DNA from: Podarcis melisellensis
Taxonomy: Eukaryota
Reading direction: 5' to 3' (one strand)
NCBI GenBank assembly: GCA_964234715.1
Contig: OZ174286.1
DNA length: 64,000 nt
The position numbers and the translations under genes were made by a program. Every line of letters starts with the position of its first letter. Position 1 is the stretch's first letter. Below are positions 36,826 through 49,501 of this stretch, piece by piece. The notes beneath the pieces were generated by a model. That model searched no databases, was not told where the DNA came from, and worked only from the letters and a program-made list of their open reading frames with translations.

Positions 36826-37244
36826 TATCTAGATGGAAAGAAGGTTCCCTCCATTGGTTCTGCTGAGCGATGTACCTTTGACTGGATTTCCTGACATTGT
36901 GGGTGTTTCTGAAGTAATGCAGGACTTTAAGATATGGCATCACTACACCACACTCATGTCCACCCTCTCTTTGCCTGCTTTGCCAGAACAGCTTTGCCAG
37001 CAGAGCATCCAGCTTTATCAGTGTAGGCAGAATGACATACTGCTTCATAATGCTGCTTAGCTGGTATAAGTGTGACATAGTATTGTGCCCTAAGCAGTGG
37101 TTGTGCTTGCTGGCCTTGCTGGCAGAGTCTAGTGGAGGGACGCTTCCATTGTATCCAACCCCAACACAGTTCTCAGGGTTCAGGATAGCTCTGTAAGAGG
37201 GCAAGTGATTGGAGAAAGTACAGTGGCAAATTTTCAAGACTCTA

Positions 37245-37449
37245 AGAGCTTTCCAAACTTTTCATGTTGGTGACACACTTTTGAGAGATGCATCATTTTG
37301 CGACACAGTAATCCAGTTTTACTAGCAAACCAGAGGTTAAACTAACCCCTTTCCAGCCCTGGGAGGAGCACGGGGAGCGTTTGTGCGACACACCTACACA
37401 CTGCAGCCAACACACTAACTTGTCGCGACACACAGTTTGGAAAGCTCTG
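37245..37449. mobile_element. hAT-Charlie-like MITE
   Basis: TIRs AGAGCTTTCCAAACT / AGTTTGGAAAGCTCTG; repeated GCGACACA subterminal motifs. Confidence 0.8.
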
Positions 37450-38885
37450 CTGTAAGGAAAGGGTTCTTTTAAAAGGAGTTCTTACATTTTAAGAGGTTGT
37501 ATATTTTGTAAATGTCAAACGTAAGGCTTCTATGCCTTTAATGTCTATTTAGCATACAGATAGATATGCAGGTGAAACACTTATTGGCATGAATATGAAT
37601 GAATATATTCTATTTCAAACAATGCGTTTCTTTTTGTGAATGTAAGTTATTTTAAACTGTTTTTAATAGTGTGTTTTAATTGTTGTAACCCACTCTGGAA
37701 CCTTAGAATGAAGGGTAATAAATTAAAACAACAACAACAACATCATGGAGTACTATTTTCCTGTTCCAAACATTCTTTTATAGTATATTTGCAGTTCACT
37801 TACAGTATATATGTCTACTTAAAAGTAAGCAAGCCTGAATAGGATCCATGGGGTTTAATGTTAGGTAAACTAATGTTGCCAATAATAAAATGTAGATTTT
37901 AGATAGCAGTCACCCAACATTCCTGGGCTCATATCCCTGGTACAAAACCTGTCTCCTGGCACCAAACGGTGAGTATCTTCCTATGAAAACTGGCATCATG
38001 TATGCATAACTTTTTCATTAAAAAGTAAGATTATTTTCTATAGGCTTTTTGTCTGTGATTAAAGGAAAGTGTGATAAAAACAGCTAATATTAGTTTATTT
38101 TTTATTAATAAAAGCTGTTTTCTTTCTGCTTTGCTTTTTTTAAAAAAACACACACAAACAAACCTCAAAATAAACAAACTAAATAGAATGCCATGATTAG
38201 TTTCTTTAAGAGAAAGCTGTCTTTTCATCCCTCTCTCTGCACTTCTGATGTGTTCAGTCCCCAATTTCCAAGGCTGGGAGTTGAGAGGTTGCACATAAAA
38301 CCCTAGAGGTGAGGAGCTTTGATATAAGTATCAGCTCCAACAATTGGGATTTCTGCTACTTCTTTTTTTTTAAAAAAGTGGCAAATCTGTCATAAAGTAC
38401 TTACTGAAGATCCATGCTGAGCTCAAGGGTAAGCCCTGTGTGTTTATTAAACCTATGGCTTTTCAGGGGGGAAAGTGTTGGGCTGAATTGCAATAAAGAG
38501 CTGGTGAGAAATCCTCTGGCCGGGTTTACTGAATTATTGAATACAAGGATAAAGCGTTCATACTTGGCTTCTTGTGTTGTCTTGTGTCTAAGTACTCAGC
38601 ACCATGCAGGGTATAATGGTTACTGTAGCAAACACTTAGGGCTTTGTTTGGGCTTATAAACAAAATCTGCATACTCGGTCTTCCCCCTCACCCCGAAGGT
38701 CTGCAAAGCAGCAAATATAGGAGATATATACATATATTGCACAAAGGCCACGTGCAGGAGTGTGTTTCTAAAAGTAAATTCCCATCACAAGATTCAAGGA
38801 TTAGTTCATACAATTAGTTCATGCAATTTCTATTCGTGCTATTGGCAAGAAGCAGTGCATTTAGATAAGAATAAATGCAAAATAC

Positions 38886-39280
38886 ATATGCCGAGTTAGC
38901 AGGTCTAACAAGTAAAATAAGAGAACAATAAATCAAGTATATAAAAAGGAGTGGAAAAACTTTGTGGAGTATTTGGAAAATAACTGTAAACAAGTGAAAA
39001 TGCTGGCAGCATTAAGGTAAATTCCACAGTATAATATACATCATCATCAACATCATCAGCAGCAGCAGCATCGAAGAATGAGGGAGAAAGTGATCTAAAT
39101 GGATATATAAGAATATGCAGGAATGGTAGGGAAATTAAAGGAACCAGGGAAGGGGAAGAAGGGAAGCCATTGAATGTTTTTATTAAAAGAAATATATCAA
39201 TGGTGGAAATGTATGCTTGAATGTGAGTGTGATTTTGGAAATGGTAATAATGAAAATTACAAATAAAATTTTAAAAAGAA
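38886..39280 (+). mobile_element. 5'-truncated L1 3' end
   Basis: Remnant YAELAGLTSKIR..KKEWKNFVEYLENNCKQV, similar to the L1 at 62958-64000; AATAAA plus A-rich tail; 19-bp TSD (38867-38885 and 39281-39299) with 2 mismatches. Confidence 0.8.
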
Positions 39281-39368
39281 AAGAATAAACACAAAATACT
39301 ATGCTTTGGCCATACTGCTAGGATTGGCAACAATTCTGACCATAATTTTGAGGACACTCAATCAATTT

Positions 39369-40120
39369 ATAGAATCATAGAATTTGAAGTGACTTCAGAG
39401 ATCCAACCCCTGTCCAATGCAGGAAGCCCCACTATTACAGGATTCTTGTTGGGTGGCTGTATACCCTCTGCTTTAAAACCTGTGATGAAAGGGAACCCAC
39501 CGCTGTTGAACAGCTTCTACTATCAGGAACTTCTTTCTAAGGTTTTGTCTTTCTGCTTGTATTTTGTATTCTTTCTGCTTGTATTTTGAACCCATGGGTT
39601 TGCTCTGTCATCTGACAGCCCTTCAAATATTGAAGCCCTATCACACCATCTCTGAATAATCTCCAGGCTACACATATTCAACTCCTTCAACTATTCCTCA
39701 CAGGAGCTGGTCTTTTGGCTCCTCACCATCTTTGTGAGCCAGTGTGGTGTAGTGGTTAAGAGCGGTAGTCTCGTAATCTGGGGAACCGGGTTCACGTCTC
39801 CGCTCCTCCACCTGCAGCTGCTGGGTGACCTTGGGCCAATCACACTTCTCTGAAGTCCCTCAGCCCCACTCACCTCACAGAGTGTTTGTTGTGGGGGAGG
39901 AAGGGAAAGGAGATTGTTAGCCGCTTTGAGACTCCTTTGGGTAGTGATAAAGCGGGGTATCAAATCGAAACTACTCTTCTTCTTCTTCTTCTTCTTCTTC
40001 TTCTTCTTCTTCTTCTTCTTCTTCTTCTTCTTCTTCTTCGTCCTCCACTGAAAACTTTGCAGTTTTCTGATATCCTTAAACTATGATGCCAAGGACTGGA
40101 CAGAATATTTCTGGTAAACA
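39369..40120 (-). mobile_element. CR1 LINE 3' fragment, interrupted by a SINE
   Basis: ATAGAATCATAGAAT is the reverse complement of the CR1 (ATTCTATG)n terminus; antisense ORF2 C-terminal remnants lie on both sides of the SINE. Confidence 0.75.
39736..40039 (+). mobile_element. Squam3-type (Ther1/MIR-derived) tRNA SINE with long (CTT)n tail
   Basis: A box TGGTGTAGTGG, B box GGTTCACGTCT, CORE-like GGTGACCTTGGGC, L2-like 3' end, (CTT) x about 21 tail. Confidence 0.85.
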
Positions 40121-43039
40121 GAATAGAACAGTGGGATGTAGTCAGTGCTAGTCCCACTCAGAGTAAACCCACTGAAATTAATGATGTGCTTAACTTAGGT
40201 TCAGTTACTTTAGTGGGTCTACTGAGTAGAACTTACTTGGAGACAGCATTGACTGATCAAGAGCCTGGATGAGTGAGTGCAGTACAGTATTGTTGTTTAG
40301 AAACAGGTGCTACCTGCCACAGAGGAGTGTGCATTTGCAATCCTGACATTCTTGTGAGTGAATCTGGCAACTGAGCACATCACACCTCATCTTTAAAAGT
40401 TTGGCAGGCAGGGCATAGGAGCTGTTAGGAGATCAGTTGTGCCGATCCAGTTCTGAACATGTCCAATTCCTGAACTCCTGAGTTGTGACTCCTGAACTGT
40501 ATGTCCAATGCCAAGCCTCTACTTGCCTGCCTGAATAAAAATCTCTTTCTTACCTACATGTAAGACCCTTTGCTTGGTTACATGAGAGGTAGGACAGCTG
40601 TAATGGAGACAAGCTCTTGCAACTTGGTGGGTTTCCCATTTCCCCATAAGAACATGCCTAAAAAGCTGCTGTTTTTCTGCTGATAAAATATGGAAGTTTT
40701 TGCTCAAATCTTGTGTTCCTCTTTCTACAGATGGGGGGACACCACTTTTTTACAATTGTGCAATATATCTGTATTGGAAAATAGATAGCTCTGCAAAAGA
40801 AACACAAGCATGAGGGAAGATTTGCAGACTGTATGCTACAAATAGGTGGCAACTGTGCATCTAGTGCACTGACACCTGCCTGTTTGTATCTGAATAGTAC
40901 TGATATGGGTCAACATTCTCTGATTATGTTTTTTTTCTCTGCCTTCCTTCTATGTGCTTTTTTCCTAGGCGGGTTCATCCCAAGTTAACAGAATCTGGCT
41001 GTAGGGGTGGGGGGGAATTGGGGGGATGATCTAAGAGGGTTAGAGTGGCTAGTGGGGGGGGGGGATTCCATGCCTACCCCATCCTACATCCTAACCTTGC
41101 TTTACATAGGATTGTGGCATGTCCACATTTGAAGGGATGGGTTTTTGCTGCCATTCTGTGTGTTGCATAGGCTTGGGATGCTCCTGGTTCCATCCATGGA
41201 GCACCTTGATTTTCAGTATGTAATTCTAGGTTTTGATGAGGAGCTCCTGGTACCTAGTGACAAGGCTCCAACAATTTCCTTAAGATTTGAACTTTGTGCT
41301 TGTCTTTGTAAGGAAAGGCAGCTAGCAAACTCAGGTGGTGTCAACAGGCATATAGCTGAAATGCGGTCACATGTCTGAGGGAACTGCAAGGTTTGCAGGG
41401 ATGTAAGAAAAAAGTTTCATAAAAAGCTAAACGTGGGGGGGGGGGCCACCAAAAGCCCAATTTTGATATGTGGAATATTTTGTGTCCAAAATAAAATCAG
41501 AGGAGAAATAGATTTGAGCATTGTGCTTGGGGGCATCATTTGAAAGACACTGAAGAAAGTTTCCTCTGTTAGAATATGAGCATTCACTGCAACATTTTAT
41601 GGTGGGTCCCACTTGTGTAGTAAATACTCAAGAGTCAAAATGAGTGGCCTGGGATGCCCCCCCCCCCAAGTCTGAACATTTTTATTTAGGTCTCGCTGTT
41701 GTCTAGTGATTCGCTGTTGTCTATAGTTCAAACCTGAAGATGTTTTGTGTCAAATATACCTAAACCTGTGTCTTCCTAAGTGTTGATCTTTGGGTCAATA
41801 CTATTCCAACAGGCCTCACAAGAAAATCCCCAGCAAAAGCAAACAGATGTGATAGGGATTCTGCAGAGAAATCAAGTTCATCTTTCTTCTAATCCTCCCT
41901 ACTGGGGGAAATGTGAGAAATAATAACTGCAGAACCACACACAAAGGAGCTGTAGCTTCAAAAGTCATTGTCACATGATGTCTTACCTAGAGGTTCTACA
42001 ATAATGCCTTTGGAGGTGCATGGACTACTTCATCCAAATAATAACTGATCCTGTGGTATCACACAAGCCTTGCCAATGTTGCAATATTTAAACCAAGCTT
42101 CCCTTCTGACTTCAAGCCTGATCCTGTATATATGTGGTTTACTGTCCCACAACATGAAAGGACAGATCTGAATGCAGATTTGATGTTGGCAGATAGTGTA
42201 CTTTCTTCCTCTCAACACTTAGGGCTGTCAACAATTATTATGACTGAAATGCACAGTCATATGGTGGGATTCCAGGGGGCACACGTAGAATGCGCACAAA
42301 TGCATAAGGCACTTTTAGATCCAAGCCCTTTGACGAATGGCAATGCCGATAAATGTGAGCTTTTGGAGCAAAAGGAGATTAGAAGATAAGAACTGCAATT
42401 ACAATAAAGCTATTATTTAATCTGAGCAGTGTGAAGGCAGTAAAGAGAAGTCTATGGAATTACTAGGCAATGAGATTACAACTCTATAAAACTTCATGAT
42501 GCCCATTTATCGGAAGGCAGTCTTCTGTTCATAGCAATACCTCCAGTAGTGGCAGATGTTCACTTCTTTAGGCCCATATACACATTTAGCCACACTAGCT
42601 GAGATGTACGTCTAGCTTAGTGGTTGAGCGTATATCTCAGGTACTAAAATTGCCGTTGGTGGAAACCAAAGGCTGGATATATTTCTTCACTGAAGTTAAT
42701 AACAGAGGAAACTGGACCACTAGTAATTAATTGTCAGCTACTACCACTACTTATATTGTTGCTAATAATGACTGGAGTGTGTTACAGTGTTTACCTTCTC
42801 AACATCAATTGCCGCCACTGTTATAACTCTTTGTCTAGTTTGTGTATTATAGGCCTGTGTCTTGAAGTGAAAAATGACTTAAGTGTGTTCTAGTGTCAAA
42901 ATGCAAAACAGAAACATGTTTATTTGTAAAGGCATATGCAAACATAGATAGTAAATATTATTAGTACAAACTACATGTGCCAATAACATTTTTTAATGTA
43001 CTCATACCACTGTAAATGCAAAAGCAACATTTTCATTTG

Positions 43040-43450
43040 TGTCTAGAGAGAGAAAGGTGTATTAGTCTGTTGCAACAAAACCAACAGTCTTACTTCTGCA
43101 TTCTAGAAATAACAAACAGGTCAGCCGCTACACAAAAACAATACATGGACACAAACTTGACACCAGAAATGTCAATATCCAAAGACCAAGGGGGGCACTT
43201 TTCAACCTCTTCAACCAACTGTATCTGGTAGCCATCCTTGAACAAATAACATCAAAGGGAGACTGCTAATTATAATTCATCAAGTGGTTCAATGTGAATT
43301 GAATTGGGGCACTTTTTATATTTTATTTTATTTTAAAAATCACACTACCAGTGATTTACCAATATCAGTATGTCTGTGTTATCAACAATGATAATCTGGT
43401 GTGTAAGTAAGTAAGTAAATATCCTTTTTGCTGACTGAACTAATATTCCT
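43040..43450 (+). mobile_element. Possible Penelope-like retroelement remnant
   Basis: gtgtattagtctgttgcaacaaaa and an ILEQ..KGR-like remnant resemble squamate Penelope ends; highly degenerate. Confidence 0.35.
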
Positions 43451-43594
43451 TCCCAGAAAGAAGAGATTCAAAGTATCTAAATCTTATATCTTCATAAATG
43501 GTGCATACAAACAAATAACACAGTAACTCCTCCTCTACTTCTCCACATAAACAAATTATCAGTTTAAGAGGAATTTCTTATAGTAGCCAGTAAA

Positions 43595-43939
43595 AAAGGT
43601 AAAGGGACCCCTGACCATTAGGTCCGGTCGTGGCTGACTCTGGAGTTGCAGTGCTCATCCCGCTTTATTGGCTGAGGGAGCCGGCGTACAGTTTCCAGGT
43701 CATGTGGCCAGCATGACTAAGCCACTTCTGGTGAACCAGAGCAGCGCATGGAAACGCCATTTACCTTCCTGCCAGAGCGGTACCTATTTATCTACTTGCA
43801 CTTTCACATGCTTTCGAACTGCTAGGTTGGCAGGGACCGAGCAACGGGAGCTCACCCCGTCACGGGGATTCGAACCGCTGACCTTCTGATCGGCAAGTCC
43901 TAGGCTCTGTGGTTTAACCCACAGCGCCACCTGCATCCC
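43595..43939 (-). mobile_element. Sauria SINE (Squam1), full length
   Basis: Reverse complement closely matches the copy at 36484; 15-bp TSD ATA(G/A)TAGCCAGTAAA (43580-43594 and 43940-43954). Confidence 0.93.
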
Positions 43940-46681
43940 ATAATAGCCAGTAAAGACGGCTTAATACCTTTTCTGGAAACAGAAAAGATGTAAAATAGTA
44001 AGCATATGCTCCTAACAGCACATTCTAATTCTGGATTAATTGATCTGGAATGACTACCACCTTCAATTGTGCCATCACTACTATAGTAAAGCCACCACTT
44101 CACAAACAAATATTTATTCAAAAATTGGAAACAAAGCTGTGCTATTATTTCACTACTGTGCATGTACTAAGAAGTAGCTTGAAAACAAGCATTAAATGGG
44201 CTATAGTGAATTTGGGGTATTCCTTCTCACTTTTTTGCCCTAGTATTAACTATACAAATTCCATTTACCTGCTTGGACAGGGGGCGGAGCATGTAGTTCT
44301 TTTGTTTACAACAAAGTTTGCTGTCAGTATTTGGACTGTTCTTCTACTGCAACATCCATCCTATAGGTTGCAGGAAAGTGTATGAAGTTATTTCCTTGAG
44401 AAAACTGACAGCAGCCTCTAGGCTAAACTTTTGATCCGCCAGTTTTCTGCCATTTTCAAAACAGCAAAGATTTGCAGTTCTATGTGCCCTCATTGCTTAT
44501 GATGGCAGATCTGCAGGAGGGAAGGGCCTGAAACAAAACTGACAATGTGACAGACAAAATGGGCAAACAGAGCACAATTTTTGAACCTAATTGTCACTTA
44601 TTTAAAGAACAGCAGTATCCACAAATATGAGTATTGAATTGTACTGAACTAAGTCTGTTTGGAGGCATAACTTAAGAAGGTATGTAATTTCATAGGCGGA
44701 CAAAGGGATTAATTAATGTACAAAGACAAGATTTTTATCACCACTGTCACAATTCTATGCATTTCTACTCAGAGGCAAGTCCCACTGAGATGAATGGGAC
44801 TTACTTCTAGATAAGTGGTCTAGGATTCTAATCTTACGTATTCTTTCAGAAATATTCATGGGTAGAGGTTTGATATTTATTTATTCATCTATTTTACAAC
44901 TTTATGAACAGCCCAAGACCAAAAACAGTATACAAGAAGACTGTACACCCTGTGCACCTACTGTACATATGCTTCAGTTACTGCCACTATCTTATGAAAA
45001 TGATTCAAAAACCGTATCAAAAAATGTATGGAAGGGTTCTTACACTTAACATTTAAGGAGCATGCAGTATTAATATGTGTGATGCTAGCCAGGATGGAAT
45101 TTAGGGCAGGTAACCTAGGCATCCACCTGGAATACAGAGTTTGTAGGGGCTTTCATGGGCTATTATGCACTCAACAACTGAAACACATAATACAAAAACG
45201 TTGTATGGCATGGATAAATACAGATTATAGCACCTAGCATGCAAACACCTGCCTTAAATGACTGGGATAAATCATGCATGCTAACTGTGACTCAAAGTTG
45301 TAAAATGGGCTACAAATGAAATAGAAAACAAGTTATTCAAAAGTTTAACAGATGGAGAAGGTGCCAAAAACTGCTTCTTGCTTGCAGCGCCATTTCCTCT
45401 AGAGCTGGGTCTGAGGTTAGCACTAAATTTAATAGTATCTGGTGTGTTTCTGAAATTCTTTGAATTGTAGTTCTCTATACTTCTGGGTACTATTTGTTGC
45501 TTGCTTCCTTTTTTAAAAAATGATAACCCTTTTTCTACCATATGTGCTGAATATTAGTTGAGCTAAAAGGTAACTCATCTAGGGAGGAGAACTGTTTTAA
45601 GGGTTGGCATTGTTGAATGAGTGTTTTGCATTGTTGTAGTCATAAAAATATCACTTTAAAAGTACTTAAATAAAAATGATTTGAGAACAAGAAGCAGTCC
45701 TGAAGGAGAGAAGCAAAGCCTTCACCCCTGTAACAGTGTGACACTCAGCACCCCAAGTACCCACTCAAGGCAATGGATGCAAAGCATGCTGTTGAGCCAC
45801 CACCATCACTATTATGCAAATATCTTTGTGTAATTTTTACTATTTCTGTGATGTTACCAGAGACATCAGGGGTAGAAGCCATAATTAGTCAAGCTCATTT
45901 TCCTTAAGTAAGTAATGTTGAATGTCAGCCACTGATTTTATTTCACTTGGTAAATAAGTTAAAATGTGTAGTTTATCGAGTAATAATAAAAAATAAACCA
46001 AAGTTTAAGAGAAAGTTTATGAAATGACTGCTCAGCTTGTTTAAATCAGTATCTGGTTTCAATGGATCTGCTCAGGCTATTTTGACGCCATTCATTTAAT
46101 CACATCCTTGCCCATGCGGAAAGACGGGGCTCCCCCCCCCCTCCAGAGCAATGAAATTCGTATAAACAACTTCCCAGTCATGAGGGACAAGGGATTAAGA
46201 ATTATGGCTAACACAACTTGATACCTCAATGGTTGTTTTTAAAGGGAATAGAGCAGACTTTTCCAGATTTTTTAAAAACAATATTGTACAGAATTACTAA
46301 CCTTACTATAATATTAAATGATTTTATTGCCTATTGTATAAAAAAGACATTGTATAAATAAGGCAGTCTTCCAAGAATGGTTGTGCTTTTTGTGTCTCAG
46401 CTGACTGTAACACTGACTGCATCTGCATGCGTTTCACTGAAAAGAATTCAACAGAACTTTTATTAGATGAAAACAACTTGCATTTGTATCTTTTCTCCCA
46501 GTCCATCACAATGTGGCACTGGGATGGGTAACTCTAAAGCTGACACACAGAAATACCAGTGGCATGTAAACAGATGCCCAATGCTGCTCTGAGTGCCATT
46601 GATTTCAACAAATTTCTAGATCCTATTTTGGGGGTCCAGTTGCTAGTGTCAGAATCAGCAGGGGGGTCTTAACCAAACATT

Positions 46682-47150
46682 CATCATCATCAACCTTTTA
46701 TTCGACCGTCAGTCAGAAAAAGTACATTTGTCAATACACAGTTAAACATCCAGGAAGATTTTAGAGCTTAGCCAACACTAAAATGGGCTAAACAGATAGC
46801 CCCATATCAATACAGTCAATTATAGTCTTGCGACGCTTAAAAGCTAAAAAAAGAAATTTGGCCACCAAGGAAGGTATAGCTCTAGTGACATTATTCAGCA
46901 AGTGTAAAACCTGGTTTTCTCCGGGTAGGAAGCTAAATTGACATAGGAGTGGGTCTATAAAGTTTTGTCTAAGCTCTGCATAAAAAGGGCAAGTCAAGAG
47001 AATGTGTTTGGTGGACTCAACCACACCGATGGCACAATGACAGGTTCTCTGGGCGTATGGTACTCCCCTGTACCTTCCCCACAATATCGCAGAGTCAAGG
47101 ACATTTCATCTAGCCGCTGTAAGAAGTCTGCGGTATTCCACATAGTGGAT
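46682..47150 (-). mobile_element. 5'-truncated non-LTR retrotransposon 3' end (RTE-X-like, C-terminal Cys/His knuckle)
   Basis: Open frame GRYRGVPYAQRTCHC..ESTKHILLTCPFY..LR; AATAAA followed by (TGA)n tail; perfect 15-bp TSD TCTTAACCAAACATT (46667-46681 and 47151-47165). Confidence 0.85.
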
Positions 47151-47381
47151 TCTTAACCAAACATTGACTGTAGATGTTGGTGTTACAGCTGATTTTCCTT
47201 CTACCAATTCCTGAATATATTTGAAAAATAAGATGTAGCACCCACCCTCAGCCTTTTCCGTACCTTAAAAACTTGCATACATTATTTGAATAGTGACTAT
47301 GCATCCACAAGACTTGTATATGGAAAGGAAAAGAAGGCAAACCTATATAAGACCATGAAATCCAACACACATTGTTTAGAA

Positions 47382-47706
47382 CAGTGTTTTTCAACCTTTT
47401 TTGGGCAAAGGCACACTTGTTTCATGAAAAAAATCACGAGGTACACCACCATTAGAAAATGTTTAAAAATTTAACTCTGTGCCTATATTGACTATATATA
47501 AAGTAATTCTCTTGAATAGGAATCAAATAAACACAAAGAAAGTATTTTATAATTACTTTATTATGAAATAGTAAGTAAACAGAAATATGAAAAATTATAA
47601 AATACTTTATTTTTAAATCTTTCGAATTTTCAATTTTTCACACGGCACACCAGGCAACATCTCACGGCATACTAGTGTGCCGCGGAACAGTGGTTGAAAA
47701 ACACTG
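47382..47706. mobile_element. hAT-Charlie-like MITE
   Basis: TIRs CAGTGTTTTTCAACC / GGTTGAAAAACACTG; perfect 8-bp TSD GTTTAGAA. Confidence 0.93.
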
Positions 47707-48804
47707 GTTTAGAAGTCTAAATAACTATTGCCTTTAACTGCTTTTTAAGGATGCACAAAAAGGAGACCTGTTTAAGAATTAAAAGATTTGTGTGTGTGTG
47801 TTATATTTCCTAAAGTATCTTTTCTCACACTATGTTGAAGTCCTCACCCAAGTGCCATTAAATTAATAAAAATCAGCTCTTAGAACAGGTATTGCCCCCA
47901 CTGCAGAGCATCTACGGTAAGTATGCATCCAAGGGTGCAGCTAAGAGCTGGGATTAACCAGGGTAGGAAATCAATGATATTGACAATAAAAACACATAGC
48001 TTCTCTGCTGAAACTCTGCTTGACAGTGTTGAGTCTAATTATATAATCAGACCAACAGGACATATTTTGCCTTTGGTTGTGCCTTAAAAACCACATTAAA
48101 ATCAATGATGACACAGAAGCGCATTATGAGGGTGAAGTCAGGAAGGTTTCAGCAGAGTCTGAACTGGGGAAACTCTACTGGAAGTGAGCAGTGGTGAGCA
48201 GTGCTCCTCTTATTTGACTCAATTAAACACCATTTATAGTTAGGATATAGTTTGGAAACAATTGTGCTTCGTGGAGAGTGCAGATTATAGTATAATATCA
48301 GTATCAATGTTTTTAAAGGGAGGAGCAAAAACAAAGTAAAAGACACCACACATCCAAAACCCCAAGCTCAGTGTGCAAGGCTGCGTTGCAAATTTTACAA
48401 GTGGTGTTGTTCATATTTATTGGTTGCATTTTTACACTAAGTTGTCTCAAAACGGCTTGCACATTGTTGGATGTATCGCATGCCCCGTTAAAATCACACT
48501 GTCACCACCAACCAGCCTTTTAAAAGGCTTTTCTGGCATGATACCCCACAAGCCCAGATCTGGTGCCAGTGGCACAATATCTCATTCCCATGTAATGGCT
48601 GAGGGTAGTCTTGCTGCAGGGGACAAACACAGTGTTCCCTGCAACTTGTAATAACAGAACTACACATGCGCTGCTTTTTAAATTGTGTGAAGAACACAGC
48701 CTGCAAGGAATTGTTTAGATATTAAATACAAATAAAGGGTCTTGAAGTAGTTGGACAGAGCAGTGGATATCTTGGAGATTTTCTAAGCTATTGCTGGATG
48801 AGTT

Positions 48805-48924
48805 TAAGCTGAGATGTAGTGATTGGCCCAAGGCTATTCAGTAAGCTCTGTGGTTGAGTGGAAATTTGAAGCCGAGTCTCCAAGGTCCTAGTTTGAAACT
48901 CTAACCACTACCCCACATTGGCTC
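48805..48924 (-). mobile_element. Old Squam3/Ther1-like SINE 5' fragment
   Basis: Reverse complement begins GAGCCAATGTGGGGTAGTGGTTAGAG and contains CCTTGGGCCAATCAC, as in the 39736 copy. Confidence 0.7.
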
Positions 48925-49264
48925 ATACACATGGGCAAAATGGAAACCAACGTTTTGGAGCTCATTATTTTACTGGATTGAAAGCACAAAAGGGAGATGA
49001 TGATATAATTAATTTGCTTAAGTGCTTGAGATACAGTGATCTAAAACCCTGATGACAAAAACTGATTGCAGAGTTTTATCTCCCACATATTGAAAAGTTA
49101 CCTGTTCATTTTAAAAGCTAAGATTAAACATAAAAAAGAGAAAGAAATCAGTTTGTTTGCCTTCAAAATAAGCTGGAGACTTTGGCTACTCTGCCATCCC
49201 TCTTTATGACTTCTGCTACTCATCATTTTGGCCTGATTAAAAACTTCCTTGAGATATACTATGG

Positions 49265-49501
49265 CAGGGCTGAGTCAACACATTTTGTTGCCAGAAATGG
49301 ACAATGATGTCCTCTCTGTTCTGTATACAAAGCGAACCAGTTTGACAAATTAATCTTACTTCAGCCCCTAGGAATGGGACAGAATTTTCCACCACACCCA
49401 AGACTTAGTTCAGGGAGGCTCACACAACAGAATCTACTCTCCATCCCTCAGCATCTGCCATCTGAGGTGGCCGTCTTATTTTAATGGTAGAGCCAGCCCT
49501 G
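49265..49501. mobile_element. Degenerate hAT-type MITE
   Basis: CAGGGCTG...CAGCCCTG ends; 8-bp TSD TACTATGG/TACTGTAG. Confidence 0.65.

Noticed and set aside
39736-39815. tRNA gene
   Set aside because: The A and B boxes belong to a SINE head that continues into a SINE body and tail; the same applies at 36484 and 43939.
39886-40157. PolyL and polyR ORFs
   Set aside because: Translations of the (CTT)n SINE tail.
43920-43939. CTCF motif in the Sauria SINE head (GCAGGTGGCGCTG)
   Set aside because: Only the 3' half of the CTCF consensus matches and it coincides with the Pol III A box.
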